A DNA stretch of 63,084 nt, counting the filler, from Nanobdellota archaeon (GTDB lineage Archaea; Nanobdellota; Nanobdellia; B33-G15): NCBI GenBank assembly GCA_003660925.1. It is 14 parts of 14 records of this genome, joined end to end, with 100 filler letters (N's around TTAATTAATTAA, not from the genome) between each part and the next. Parts side by side here need not be neighbours in the genome. Positions count along the whole stretch, not along the records: positions 47,797 to 51,674 come from QMVD01000059.1; positions 51,775 to 55,544 come from QMVD01000060.1; positions 55,645 to 59,338 come from QMVD01000061.1; 11 more parts are not named here. The stretch is one strand, 5' to 3'. The position numbers were made by a program, and so were the translations under genes. Shown in pieces: positions 47,805 to 57,727 of this stretch (the stretch's first letter is position 1; every line of letters starts with the position of its first letter). Under the pieces are notes generated by a model that was not told the origin of the DNA, made no database searches, and was given only the letters and a program-made list of their open reading frames with translations.

Positions 47805-49052
47805 ATGAAGTCGTTTCTAGATGCCTTGAAGAGGGCAGGAGAAGAGATAAGTAGAGGGAAGTTTTTTCGAGTGATTTCCCACTTCGATGCGGACGGTATA
47901 TGCTCAGCAGCCATAATGTCAAAGACCTTGCAGAGATTGGGAATAGGCTTCCACCTGAGCATCGTGGAGGGCGTAGATGAGGAGCTCGTGAAGAGGTTGA
48001 AAAGGGAACCTTATGAACATTACATATTCACCGACTTGGGGAGCGGGCAACTCGAGCTCATAAACCAAATGGAGAAGAAGGTCTGGATATTTGACCACCA
48101 CCAAATTCAAGGAGAACTTGGTGAAAACATCAGCTTGCTCAATCCCTTGTCTTTTTCCCTTCCTCCATTTTCCGGCTCTACAGTGACCTATCTCTTTTCC
48201 AGACAGTTCGATAACCAAGATTTGGCCCCTCTAGCAGTAATCGGGGCAAGAGGAGACAGACAAGAGCCCATAAAAGAGATTTTGGAAGATGCGAAAGTGG
48301 ACGTGAGGGAAGACATAAGGATCTTCGGGAAATACTTAAGACCCCTCTACCAAGCTTTGGCCCTGTCCACGGACCCTTTCATCCCTGGAATATTTAACGA
48401 TGAGGGAGCCGCCGTCGAGTTCCTCAAGGCCATAGAACTGGACCCCGAGAAGAAGATAAGCGAGTTGAGCGAGGAAGAAAAGAAGAAGCTCGTGGCTGGG
48501 ATCGTCCTGAGGAGGAAGGGGTTGGAAAAGCCGGAAGATATCTTCGGGAAGTGCTATTACTTGAAAGACTTCGGCATGGATGCTGACGAGTTCTCTACAG
48601 TGGTAAATGCCTTTAGTAGGCTCGGTTATACAAGTAAAGCCCTACTTCTCTGCTTCAACCCGAAGATGGACATCGAACCCATCATGAAAGAATACAGGAC
48701 CGAATTGGCTAGGTTGATGGAGAAAGTTAGTGAAGGAATGAGGGAAGGGGAGAACACGGTATTCATCTTTGGAGATAACCCCAGGATGATAGGGACCGTA
48801 GCTTCCATCCTGCTGACCGAGGTTCAAAAGGAGAATGTGGTTGGCTTTGCCCCTAAAGGTAATTGGGTGAAGGTGTCCGCCAGGACGAAGGGAAATAACA
48901 ACCTGGGAGAACTCTTGGCAGAGGTGACTAAGGAGATAGGCGGATTGGGGGGAGGGCACAGGGAGGCAGGAGGAGCGCTCATCCCGAAAGGGAAGGAAGA
49001 GGAGTTCATCAGGGCATGGGAAAACATTTTAAATAGGCGCTTGAATTGGTGA
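47805..49052 (+). CDS. RecJ-like DHH phosphoesterase
   Basis: SHFDADG, DLGSG, DHH, GGGH. Confidence 0.9.
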   Translation: MKSFLDALKRAGEEISRGKFFRVISHFDADGICSAAIMSKTLQRLGIGFHLSIVEGVDEELVKRLKREPYEHYIFTDLGSGQLELINQMEKKVWIFDHHQIQGELGENISLLNPLSFSLPPFSGSTVTYLFSRQFDNQDLAPLAVIGARGDRQEPIKEILEDAKVDVREDIRIFGKYLRPLYQALALSTDPFIPGIFNDEGAAVEFLKAIELDPEKKISELSEEEKKKLVAGIVLRRKGLEKPEDIFGKCYYLKDFGMDADEFSTVVNAFSRLGYTSKALLLCFNPKMDIEPIMKEYRTELARLMEKVSEGMREGENTVFIFGDNPRMIGTVASILLTEVQKENVVGFAPKGNWVKVSARTKGNNNLGELLAEVTKEIGGLGGGHREAGGALIPKGKEEEFIRAWENILNRRLNW

Positions 49053-49056
49053 ACCC

Positions 49057-49575
49057 ATGTGGTACAAGATCCTAGCCCCAAAGGTCTTCAACGAGCAGGA
49101 GATAGGCCAGACCCTGGGGTCCAATCTAGTTGGGAGAGTGGTGAAACTCCCACTTTCGAGATTGATAGATGACATCACGAAGCAACACATTCACCTCTTC
49201 TTGAGATTAAAGGAAGTGGAAGATGGAGTCGTGAGGACCGAGATAAAGGGTTATGAGCTTTCTAGGGCATATCTCGCTAGGTTGGTGAGGAGGAGGACCT
49301 CCAGGATAGATTCCATAGACAAGGTGAAGACGAAGGACGGGAAGGAGATCGTGGTGAAGAGCATGCTCATAACTGCTCACAAGGCCACCCAGAGGCAGAG
49401 ATATTTGCTCAGGAAGAGGCTTTCTCAATACATACAGAAAGTGGTCCCAGAATACAACTGGGAAGCATTCATCCTCGCTCTAGCTGTGGGGAGATTTCAA
49501 AGCGAGATCAAGCGAAGGTTGAAGAAGATATATCCCATAAGGCACGCTGAGATCAGAAAGGTTGAGCTCTGTTGA
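49057..49575 (+). CDS. rps3ae: Ribosomal protein S3Ae (eS1)
   Basis: WYKILAP, VRRRTSRID, KIYPIR..EIRK. Confidence 0.92.
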   Translation: MWYKILAPKVFNEQEIGQTLGSNLVGRVVKLPLSRLIDDITKQHIHLFLRLKEVEDGVVRTEIKGYELSRAYLARLVRRRTSRIDSIDKVKTKDGKEIVVKSMLITAHKATQRQRYLLRKRLSQYIQKVVPEYNWEAFILALAVGRFQSEIKRRLKKIYPIRHAEIRKVELC

Positions 49576-50491
49576 GGTCCCTCCACTTATAATCCTTCTT
49601 CGCCAACAACACGACCCTCGATTCCTTCTTCTCATCTATGATCTTGTAATCTGAGTTCTCCTCTATCCTTCGGGAAAATTCCAAGATCTCCTCGTGAGTA
49701 GGCATGTAATCATACCCCAACCTCTGGACGGAGAAGCCCACTGCCATGTACGCCTTTGCCTCCACGAAGTGGGGCTCCGCGATCTCCAGGAACTCTGCGT
49801 ATCTCTCTGGTTTCACCATGTTGAACTTCTTGACCAGGGTCAACCTTATCACCTTCCTCGTCCTTATCTTGGGCATCAATTCCAAGGTCTCGTTCAATTT
49901 CTCCCACCCGTTCGGGATCAAAGGCCTCGTCAGTTCCACGTATATCTTCTCGTCCGGGGCGGGGAGGGTCACGTAAAGCTGGGTCGGTTTTATCTTCCTG
50001 ACTACCTCGGGCTTAGTCCCATTGGTCACCACGAAGGTGGTCATGCCTCTCTCGTGAAATCCCTCTACGAGTTCCTTTAAGTAGGGATAGAGGGTAGGCT
50101 CTCCTAACAAGCTTATGGCGGCGTGCTTGGGCTCGAACGCCTCTCTGACTTTCTCTTGATTCGCTGTGGGGTCCCCCTTAAAACCCGTCAACAACCTCCT
50201 CTGTTCCCAAATAGACCCCTCTATGATGAGCTTAGGGGGATCAAATCTTTTCACTTTACTCCTCGAGTAGTCCATGGCCCTCCAACAGAACAGGCAGTTG
50301 TGGTTGCACAAATTGGCTACTGGGGTCATTTGGAGGCATCTATGACTCTGAATGCCGTAGAACTTTTGCTTATAACAGAAGTCCTTGTCGTGCAGGCTCT
50401 TCTTCAACCACGCGCATAGCTTCACCGCCCCATTCTCCCCCACGATCCCGTAGTGCTGCTTCCTTAGGAGCATTTCCACCCTCTTTTCCAT
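49553..50491 (-). CDS. taw1: 4-demethylwyosine synthase (Taw1/TYW1 radical SAM)
   Basis: CYKQKFYGIQSHRC, CNHNCLFCWR, AISL.GEPTLY. Confidence 0.94.
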   Translation of the reverse strand: MEKRVEMLLRKQHYGIVGENGAVKLCAWLKKSLHDKDFCYKQKFYGIQSHRCLQMTPVANLCNHNCLFCWRAMDYSRSKVKRFDPPKLIIEGSIWEQRRLLTGFKGDPTANQEKVREAFEPKHAAISLLGEPTLYPYLKELVEGFHERGMTTFVVTNGTKPEVVRKIKPTQLYVTLPAPDEKIYVELTRPLIPNGWEKLNETLELMPKIRTRKVIRLTLVKKFNMVKPERYAEFLEIAEPHFVEAKAYMAVGFSVQRLGYDYMPTHEEILEFSRRIEENSDYKIIDEKKESRVVLLAKKDYKWRDLNRAQPF

Positions 50492-50526
50492 ATCCTGAAC
50501 CTTTCAACACTCCTTTAATTCCTTTT

Positions 50527-51674
50527 CTAGAACACATCTGGCCTCAATGAACTCTCGAAAAGATAGGACAACAAGTTCCAACCAGCCGAAATAGATTGTC
50601 TTGGATATCTTAAGAAGGTGAAGAGGAGCCTTAAGAGCCTCCTCGGATTAGAGTAGAACCGCAAGTAAAATTCCCTTTCCCATTTCTTCCCCTCTTTCTC
50701 TCTGATTACCCTAGTCTTATAGGGGAACAAGGAGAAGTTTTCCGGATTAAATATTTCTGACCCGGGCCTCTCCTCCAAGATGCTCACCACCACCCAATCC
50801 AATAACTCCGCGAGCTCGATGCTCTTTTCCACATCTTCCTCTGTCTCCATGGGAGCTCCAACTATGAACCAACCGATGGTCTCTATCCCATATTTCTTCA
50901 ACAGCTTCAAGCTTCTTCTCACGTCTTCTACTTTGTACCCCCTCTTGTAATAATCCAAAATCCTCTGGGAGCCCGATTCTACCCCTAAGAGGATCCTTAC
51001 ACACCCAGCCTTCTTCAAAGCCTTCACGATCCTCTCATTTAAAGTATCGGGCCTACTCAAGCACACAAACTTCAACCCCAACCTCCTCATCCCTTTACAT
51101 AATTCTAGGACCCATCTCTCCTCGATGGTGAAAGTATCGTCCAAGAACCTCACGTATTTTACACCCATCCTTTTGAGGAGCTCCAATTCTTCTAAGACCT
51201 TCTCCACAGGTTTCGCCCTGAACCTCTTCCCAAAAGGGTGATTACAGTAGATACAGGGGAAGGGACAGCCCCTTGAGGTCTCGACGGTTATGAAAGGCTT
51301 GGGCAAGAAGATGTCATGATATCTTTTCACATCCAACAAGTCGTAGGAGGGAATAGGGAGACCCTTCAAATCCCCCTCCCTCCTCCTTTCGTTCACCACC
51401 ACCTTCTTTCCTTTTTTGAATGCTAACCCCTTTACTTTTCCCCAACTCCCACTCAACATATCTTCAAAAGTCCTCTCGGGCTCGTTCAGGATGACGAAGT
51501 CTAATCCGCTCTTTAAAACTTCCTTCGGAAACAGACTGGGGAGGAAACCAACACATCCCACCTTACACCCGATTTCCCTCTTTATTCTCCTTGCTAGCCC
51601 TATTTCGTATTTCAAGCTCTCAAACCCCGACAGGAAAATGAGTATATCCGGTTCGAACTCCGAAAGTTCCTTAA
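50527..51674 (-). CDS. B12-binding radical SAM protein (5'-truncated)
   Basis: TSRGCPFPCIYC, GVESGS. Confidence 0.9.
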
Positions 51675-51774
51675 NNNNNNNNNNNNNNNNNNNNNNNNNN
51701 NNNNNNNNNNNNNNNNNNTTAATTAATTAANNNNNNNNNNNNNNNNNNNNNNNNNNNNNNNNNNNNNNNNNNNN

Positions 51775-52129
51775 ATGTGCTGCTGTGAGTAAGACCATAA
51801 ATCTCCCCCACTGGGCGAGTCCTGATGATGTCCTACATGCCTACCTCTTCGCCCACAGGCTGGGATGTAAAGGGATAACTATTTACAGAGAAGGGTCCAA
51901 GTCCAAGCAAGTCATCTACATGGGTTGGGGAAAGAGGGAGAGACAGGAAGAGGTCATGAGGAGTATAGAGAACAGGACATTGGACGTGGCAAGCAAGCTG
52001 GGCATAAGGGTGGAGGAAGGAAGGGTGGAAGAGCACGTTTGTCCCAGCTGCGGGAGCGAAGATTTAATATACGAGAGTGGATGTGTTAAATGTCCAAGTT
52101 GTGGGTGGAGCGAATGCACCATAGCATGA
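51775..52129 (+). CDS. nrdJ: Class II RNR, C-terminal fragment (version B)
   Basis: Near-identical to 5081-5435. Confidence 0.88.
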
Positions 52130-52527
52130 GGAAATACCTGACCTTGGCTTTTGTCCTCACCTTGGTGATCATAATAGCTCAGAGGGTCTTCCCCACAGGA
52201 GCTGCAGTCTCCAAGTACTACAAGGTGAAGCTAATTGTGGATGATGGGACTGGCTGGCAAGATAGACGTGAGTTATTGGTACACTCTAACCTGACCGCTT
52301 TAGACGTCTTGAAACAAGAGTACGAAGTCAAGACGAAGTACGTGGAAGGTAAAGGATTGTTCGTGGTCGGGATCAAGACGAACAAGTGGGTGGAGGAGAA
52401 GGATCCCTACTTCTGGCACTTCTGCGTGAACGGAAAGCTCATGGAGGTGGGTGCCGATTCTTACCTGGTTGGGGACGGCGATAATCTCACCTTCGCTTAT
52501 TCGGACATAGCCACGTGCCTGAGATGA
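52126..52527 (+). CDS. DUF4430-like protein (version B)
   Basis: 2 aa differences from version A. Confidence 0.75.
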   Translation: MRKYLTLAFVLTLVIIIAQRVFPTGAAVSKYYKVKLIVDDGTGWQDRRELLVHSNLTALDVLKQEYEVKTKYVEGKGLFVVGIKTNKWVEEKDPYFWHFCVNGKLMEVGADSYLVGDGDNLTFAYSDIATCLR

Positions 52528-52808
52528 GGTTGGAGGAGCTCGTGAGGAAAATCCCAGAGGGAAGGGTGACCACTTACAAGGAACTGGCCAGGGTCCTGGG
52601 AACCAGTCCCAGGGTGGTTGGCCAGTTGTTGAAGAGGAGCAAGGGGATCCCTTGTCACAGGGTAGTAAGGTCCGATGGGAGCTTGGGTGGTTACAGGGGG
52701 AAGAAATGGAGGGAGAAGAAGAGGTTGTTGGAAAGGGAGGGAATCAAGATAAAAGGTAAGTTGATAGTGGACTTCGAAAAGGTCATGTTCAAGCTCTCCT
52801 CAAGATGA
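52524..52808 (+). CDS. ogt: MGMT (version B)
   Basis: IPCHRVV. Confidence 0.9.
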   Translation: MRLEELVRKIPEGRVTTYKELARVLGTSPRVVGQLLKRSKGIPCHRVVRSDGSLGGYRGKKWREKKRLLEREGIKIKGKLIVDFEKVMFKLSSR

Positions 52809-52929
52809 CCTCCAGCGTGTCCCCTTCCTGAACCCCGAGGTGGCGGACTATGTTCCTCGGCACGACGAGATATCCCTCACAAATCGATGGGCCCTGAGCC
52901 CCACTGAGATGTAAAAATAATAGGAGCAT
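52789..52929 (-). CDS. 46-aa ORF with AbrB/SpoVT-like C-terminal half (version B only)
   Basis: GYLVVPRNIVRHLGVQEGDTLEV; GAGGAG upstream of ATG. Confidence 0.45.
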   Translation of the reverse strand: MLLLFLHLSGAQGPSICEGYLVVPRNIVRHLGVQEGDTLEVILRRA

Positions 52930-53048
52930 CCGCTCCTCTTGAGTTGTAGTTCAGCCCCTTTTGCGGTTCTTTTCGTGTCGTCTTTTGGAGGGAGGTACGT
53001 ATGTTAAAAAAGTAGCGGGGGGAGGATTTGAACCTCCGACCTCCGGGT

Positions 53049-53741
53049 TTCTCTCGGCATCGTCTCTACCACTAACTCCTTCCGCTGTTTTAAAGCTTTT
53101 GATTCAAGATTTCTCTCAGAACTTGGAGTTTTTCCTTCCCGTATCTGAGATTTCCTTTTCCTCTCCCTATCTTCACCCCGTGACTGAATCCTATCTTCTC
53201 GAAGAACTTCTTCAAGTTATCTCTTCTGCTGATGATTATTCCTAACCTGTCATAATCTTCACGTGCGGGGATCCCAATTTCACGATGCAGTTCCAAAAGA
53301 AAGTTTCTAACTTTCTCATCTTTTTGTCGCCCCCTCAACTTAATCGAACGTTTCTTCAGATCTATCGAAATGGTGCCTTCATCGTCCCAAAAAGCCCTTA
53401 AGAATTCCGTGATTTTCTTTTCATCTTCTTCCAAGAATTTTGCCAGTAAATCTAAATTTGATGTGAAATCGTTGAGAAACTTCCAAAGGAATTTACTCGA
53501 AAGCTCAACCTCATAAACGTCATTCTCCCTGCGTCTCTCATAGAAATGCGCATCAACCAAACGTTTTACGTCCGTCTTAAACTGTTCGATAAGGACGTAA
53601 TTTTTGTTGGCAAAACCTACGATGTAAGAACCTGCATGGCATCTGAGCCATCCATCAAACAGAACATGGGAAATTAGCCTTGCCAAGCCCATAATGAGAA
53701 GAATTCTAATTCATTTAAAAAGGGTAGGGGGACGATGCCAG
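53049..53741 (-). mobile_element. BHB-type tRNA intron encoding a homing endonuclease
   Basis: Bulges UA|C and AA|A around central helix CUCA/AGAG; closing stem UGGCAUCGUC/GACGAUGCCG plus CUACC/GGUAG; ORF in the loop. Confidence 0.9.
53090..53692 (-). CDS. Intron-encoded two-motif LAGLIDADG endonuclease
   Basis: RLISHVLFDG and EFLRAFWDDEG motifs; C-terminal KFFEKIGF. Confidence 0.9.
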   Translation of the reverse strand: MGLARLISHVLFDGWLRCHAGSYIVGFANKNYVLIEQFKTDVKRLVDAHFYERRRENDVYEVELSSKFLWKFLNDFTSNLDLLAKFLEEDEKKITEFLRAFWDDEGTISIDLKKRSIKLRGRQKDEKVRNFLLELHREIGIPAREDYDRLGIIISRRDNLKKFFEKIGFSHGVKIGRGKGNLRYGKEKLQVLREILNQKL

Positions 53742-53820
53742 TATGAGCCCGGCGAGCACTCCAGGCTGCTCTACCCCGCTACTTAAACGCCCCTACCCAT
53801 ATTCGAGTAATTTGCTATCG

Positions 53821-53828
53821 TTTTTAAA
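53821..53828 (-). promoter_or_regulatory. TATA box of tRNA-iMet (version B)
   Basis: TTTAAAAA about 40 nt upstream of the mature 5' end. Confidence 0.6.
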
Positions 53829-53830
53829 CT

Positions 53831-55006
53831 TTAACTTATCACGTTCATTCTCGGGAAGAACAAGGATGGGGAAGCTATCTTATCCTCCTGTCTCAGGTCA
53901 TCCCCCACTTCCACTTCCTTGAGGAGTTCGAATACGTTCCCCGAGATCATGACGTTCTTCAAGGGGATCCACTTTCCTCCTTTGATCAAGAAGGCGTTCT
54001 CAGTATTTAAGGAGAAATCCCCGTTGCTCTCATTGGCTGTGTGAACCCCAACGAGGTGTTTCACGTATACCCCTTCCCGTTCCAACTTCCTCCTCGGCTT
54101 CACTATCAGGTTCCTCTCCGAGATGTTCGGCCTCTTCCTGAGGTGAAGGAAGTTCCCGGTGCTTTCCTTCCCCTCCTTCCTCGCGGTCGTGAAGTCGTAG
54201 AGGAACCCTTTCACTTTCCCTCTCTCTATTAAGAGGGTTCTCTTACATGGGACACCTTCGCCGTCGAAGGGAGCGGTGTTCAACCCGAAGGGGAGCAGGC
54301 CATCATCGTATATGGTGAGGTCCTTGGAGAATTCCCACTCAACCGCCTTTGAGATGCCCTTCTGGACGAGGTCCGCGTGGAAGTGAGAAGAGATGATGGA
54401 CAAAAGGTCAGCGGATGCTGTGGGGCTCAGGGTGACGGGGTAAACCCCTTTCCTGATCCTCTTCTTTCCTAGTGAGAGCTTACAGAGTTCGTATGCTTTT
54501 TCTCCGACCCAGGAGAAATCCTCGAACTTCCGGGTGATATGGCTCTCGTATGAAATGGCGTTCCTGTGCTTCACCTCCACCTCCCCGCTCAAGGAGGCCA
54601 CTTCGTACTTCCCTCTCACCCCGTTCGAGTTCTCGAACTCCACTTCTCTGATCTCCCTGGAGAAGGAGGCGTAGGTGTTCCACGGGGTTATCAAGCTCTC
54701 AGCCAAGTCTAGGAGCTCCTTCTCCGTAAGCCCTAGGATCCTCTTGTCGAAGAGCTTTATCTTCTCATACTTAGAAGGTTTGGGTAGCCCGAAGAACTCT
54801 GTCCGCTTCGCGTATTTTAGCATTCGCTTCGTCCTCTTCAGGCATCTTTCCTCATCCGTCCCCGAGCAGAAGACACTCTTACCTTCCTTCGTCAGCCTGA
54901 TACCCACAGTCTTCAACGCCTTCTCCTCCACCTCCCTGAGCTTCCCCTTCCTGAAAATGAAGGTCATCACGTTTCTCTTGGTGACTACCTTCTCAAGTCC
55001 TTCCAC
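53831..55006 (-). CDS. PmbA/TldE-family protein (version B)
   Basis: About 14 aa differences from version A. Confidence 0.88.
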   Translation of the reverse strand: MEGLEKVVTKRNVMTFIFRKGKLREVEEKALKTVGIRLTKEGKSVFCSGTDEERCLKRTKRMLKYAKRTEFFGLPKPSKYEKIKLFDKRILGLTEKELLDLAESLITPWNTYASFSREIREVEFENSNGVRGKYEVASLSGEVEVKHRNAISYESHITRKFEDFSWVGEKAYELCKLSLGKKRIRKGVYPVTLSPTASADLLSIISSHFHADLVQKGISKAVEWEFSKDLTIYDDGLLPFGLNTAPFDGEGVPCKRTLLIERGKVKGFLYDFTTARKEGKESTGNFLHLRKRPNISERNLIVKPRRKLEREGVYVKHLVGVHTANESNGDFSLNTENAFLIKGGKWIPLKNVMISGNVFELLKEVEVGDDLRQEDKIASPSLFFPRMNVIS

Positions 55007-55544
55007 CGACCACCGCCTCCCTCAACAACACGAAGGGCATCTTTTGGTCCACGGGAACGGTCTGTCCCAACTTCCCACAATAACCACTACCCACCCAATA
55101 CCTTCGCTTCCCTATCAAAACTATGTCCTTGAGGGTTTTGAGTATGTCTCCTGAAAGGGAAACCCCTTTTATGGGTTCAGTTATTTCTCCCTTCCTCACC
55201 AAAAAACCATACTTGGCGCTGAAGAGGAAGAAGCCGTGAGAAGGCTCTACCACTCCTCCGATGGAGCCTTTCATGTAAACCCCATCCTTCATCTCCTCGA
55301 GCATCTCCTTAAAGTTGGAGTCCCCTTTCTCCAAGATCGTGTTGGACATCCTAGGGAGGGGCAAATGAGCAGCGCTCTCCGCCCTGCCGTTCCCAGGGAT
55401 TCCCCTCAACTTCGCAGCGCTTTCCCTAGAGTGTAAGTAGTCCTTCAGGACGCCTTTTTCTATGAGGGTCCTCCTCCTCGCCTTGATCCCCTCATCATCT
55501 AAGGGAAAATAGCCGAAGCCCTTCTGAGTGGGGTCATCGTATAG
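54993..55544 (-). CDS. tldD: TldD, C-terminal part (version B)
   Basis: Near-identical to version A; cut by contig end. Confidence 0.9.
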   Translation of the reverse strand, partial: LYDDPTQKGFGYFPLDDEGIKARRRTLIEKGVLKDYLHSRESAAKLRGIPGNGRAESAAHLPLPRMSNTILEKGDSNFKEMLEEMKDGVYMKGSIGGVVEPSHGFFLFSAKYGFLVRKGEITEPIKGVSLSGDILKTLKDIVLIGKRRYWVGSGYCGKLGQTVPVDQKMPFVLLREAVVGGRT

Positions 55545-55644
55545 NNNNNNNNNNNNNNNNNNNNNNNNNNNNNNNNNNNNNNNNNNNNTTAATTAATTAA
55601 NNNNNNNNNNNNNNNNNNNNNNNNNNNNNNNNNNNNNNNNNNNN

Positions 55645-56924
55645 GAGGTGCAAGTATCCTTGCCTGGACAGCCGTCATTGGAATCAACCGCGTAGCACTC
55701 TTTAAAGACACAGTTGGCTCCTCCGGGACAAGCACCTGAGTCCACACACCCCTCAGTGCAGGAAGAACCAGAACTCGTGGTAAACGCGCCATCAGAGCAC
55801 CCTGCTCCTGTCCCTCCGGTGCAGGAACTCGTGGTCGTTGGGTCATCCGCGGTGTCCCCTGTAGCCGCGACTTCGAAGTCAGAACAGTAATAGTCCTTGC
55901 TCCCGTAGCCAGAACCATCTGGATAATATTCAACTAAGTGGGTTGCGTCCTCGCAGTAATCCGTATACGTGCTACTGCTACAAGAACCGCTCGAACAACC
56001 CGTGTAATCCGTCACAGTTCCCTTCGTGTCAGGATCATCTCCATCGTCAGTATCCACGGAGTTCTTAGCGGTACAATCTTCGCAGTTAGTCGCATAGTCA
56101 CAGTTTCCGTTACCATCGCAAGTCAGTTGACACCTGTAGTTGCCCGAACTCGAGCAACCACCATCTCCCGTTGAACTACAACAGCGCCAAGTGGAGTCAC
56201 AAAGCCCGGAAACACATTTTCCTTGATCGGAGTCGCAATAGTTTCCTTGAGCACAATTAGAAGTGGTACAGGAACCCCCAGAACATCCCGTCGCGTCCAC
56301 ACAGATGTTCGAGCAACCTGTAGGACAGGATTCACAGTTGGTAGCGTAGTCACAACTTCCGCTCCCGTCACAGGTCAGTTGACACCTGTAGTTCCCGCTA
56401 CTAGAACAACCGCCATCACCACTGCCACTACAACAGCGCCAGGTACTGTCACACACGCCAGCGCTGCACGTGCCCAACCCAGTGCAGTAATAGCCTTGAG
56501 CGCAACGTGAGGCCTCACAATTCGCAAAACTGCCACTCTCCACGCAGTTTCCAGAATACGTAGTACACAGATTGTCAGAGCATGGTGTCTCCGTACAATC
56601 CTTACATTGAGCACAGAAGCTCTCACAAGCGGCCTCACATGTTTGGGAAGTGCTGTCTATGTAGCACCAAATAGAGTACGCCATCACGGTGTTCATGAAA
56701 TGGATTTTGTAGATGAGGAAAAAGCTCATCACCAACATGTAAAGTGTGATCCTCGAAGCGGAACCCTTCTTGTTCAGGAAGAAGATGGCTGGGAGGAATC
56801 CCCAAGAGGAAAAGAGGATGAGGACGCATAACTTGGGCGAGAAAAAGGAAGAAAGGGGAATGAGGGCAGACATCAGTGCGAGGGGAAGGCTAGCAATCCC
56901 TTTAGAAATTGCTTTTTTATGCAT
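55645..56924 (-). CDS. Cys-rich repeat surface protein with N-terminal TM helices (3'-truncated)
   Basis: Three hydrophobic segments, then a Cys/Ser/Gly/Asp-rich region; internal repeat 56331-56504 and 56079-56255. Confidence 0.8.
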
Positions 56925-56956
56925 TAAAATCTAAAAGACACGGAATGTTAAAAAGT

Positions 56957-57703
56957 TTACTCAGCCCAACAGAAAGTGAATTTATCTCCATATCCTGACT
57001 CAAAACTCACGTGAACTTCGCTTCCGTTTACTGTGATGTTGGATGGGTTGATGTATCCTGCGGGAGGATGGTAAAACAACATTTTATGAGGAAGAGAAAT
57101 GTTCATTTCTCCCGAGACGCCATCTTTGAACGCTACGGAGATACAACTGGCATGAGAGTAAGTTCCTGCCAATTTCACCTCCCAAAAGAGCTTATTTCCC
57201 CAGCCGAACCACATAATGAAGTATTTGAATTTCTCAATCCAATCTAAGTCAGGGTCAAAAGAATAATTTACCTCTTCGATCTTCACTTCCGTATCATCTA
57301 GTTTTAACATTTTTATGTTTACCAGCAAACTGTTAGACGCTTCCCTTGAGAAATTATCCTTTAAATGCTCGCTCAGATTTCCGAACATCTCCTCATTCAA
57401 GATGGTAAGGATCATCCCTCTTGCCCTGTCCCCTTTTGTATTCCCTCTCTCGACGTAATAGACGCTACCATTCTCCACTCTAATATCTACCTCCACCCTT
57501 ACAGGTTCAATAGGATTCAATTTAGAAAATGAACGTTGTATATCTTCGGTGCTTATCTTTAAAAATTTCTCCACCCCATTTGAGATCTCATACCAATAGC
57601 TGTGAAGAAATAAGGACGTGTCTAAAAGACCCAGGGCGACCGCGAGAAGGAGGAGTCGATCGGATTTGAGGAGAGAGAAAAATTTCCGCGCCTTTTTCCG
57701 CAT
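56957..57703 (-). CDS. Hypothetical membrane-anchored protein
   Basis: Single N-terminal TM; AT-richer than core genes. Confidence 0.65.
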   Translation of the reverse strand: MRKKARKFFSLLKSDRLLLLAVALGLLDTSLFLHSYWYEISNGVEKFLKISTEDIQRSFSKLNPIEPVRVEVDIRVENGSVYYVERGNTKGDRARGMILTILNEEMFGNLSEHLKDNFSREASNSLLVNIKMLKLDDTEVKIEEVNYSFDPDLDWIEKFKYFIMWFGWGNKLFWEVKLAGTYSHASCISVAFKDGVSGEMNISLPHKMLFYHPPAGYINPSNITVNGSEVHVSFESGYGDKFTFCWAE

Positions 57704-57727
57704 GCATGAATTTAGACTTGCTTCGTT

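Larger units (their letters stand above)
53013..53780 (-). tRNA. Initiator tRNA-Met(CAT) with a 693-nt intron at 37/38
   Basis: 5' exon 53780-53742 and 3' exon 53048-53013 join into the same 75-nt tRNA as version A. Confidence 0.95.
51775..55544. repeat. Second version (B) of the locus at 5081-8575
   Basis: Same gene order and near-identical sequence from the same first base; differs mainly around tRNA-iMet. Confidence 0.97.

Noticed and set aside
53049..53741. Group I intron, intein or att-site integrated element
   Set aside because: No room for a ribozyme core, no host protein or splicing motifs, no integrase or duplicated tRNA end; BHB junctions explain it
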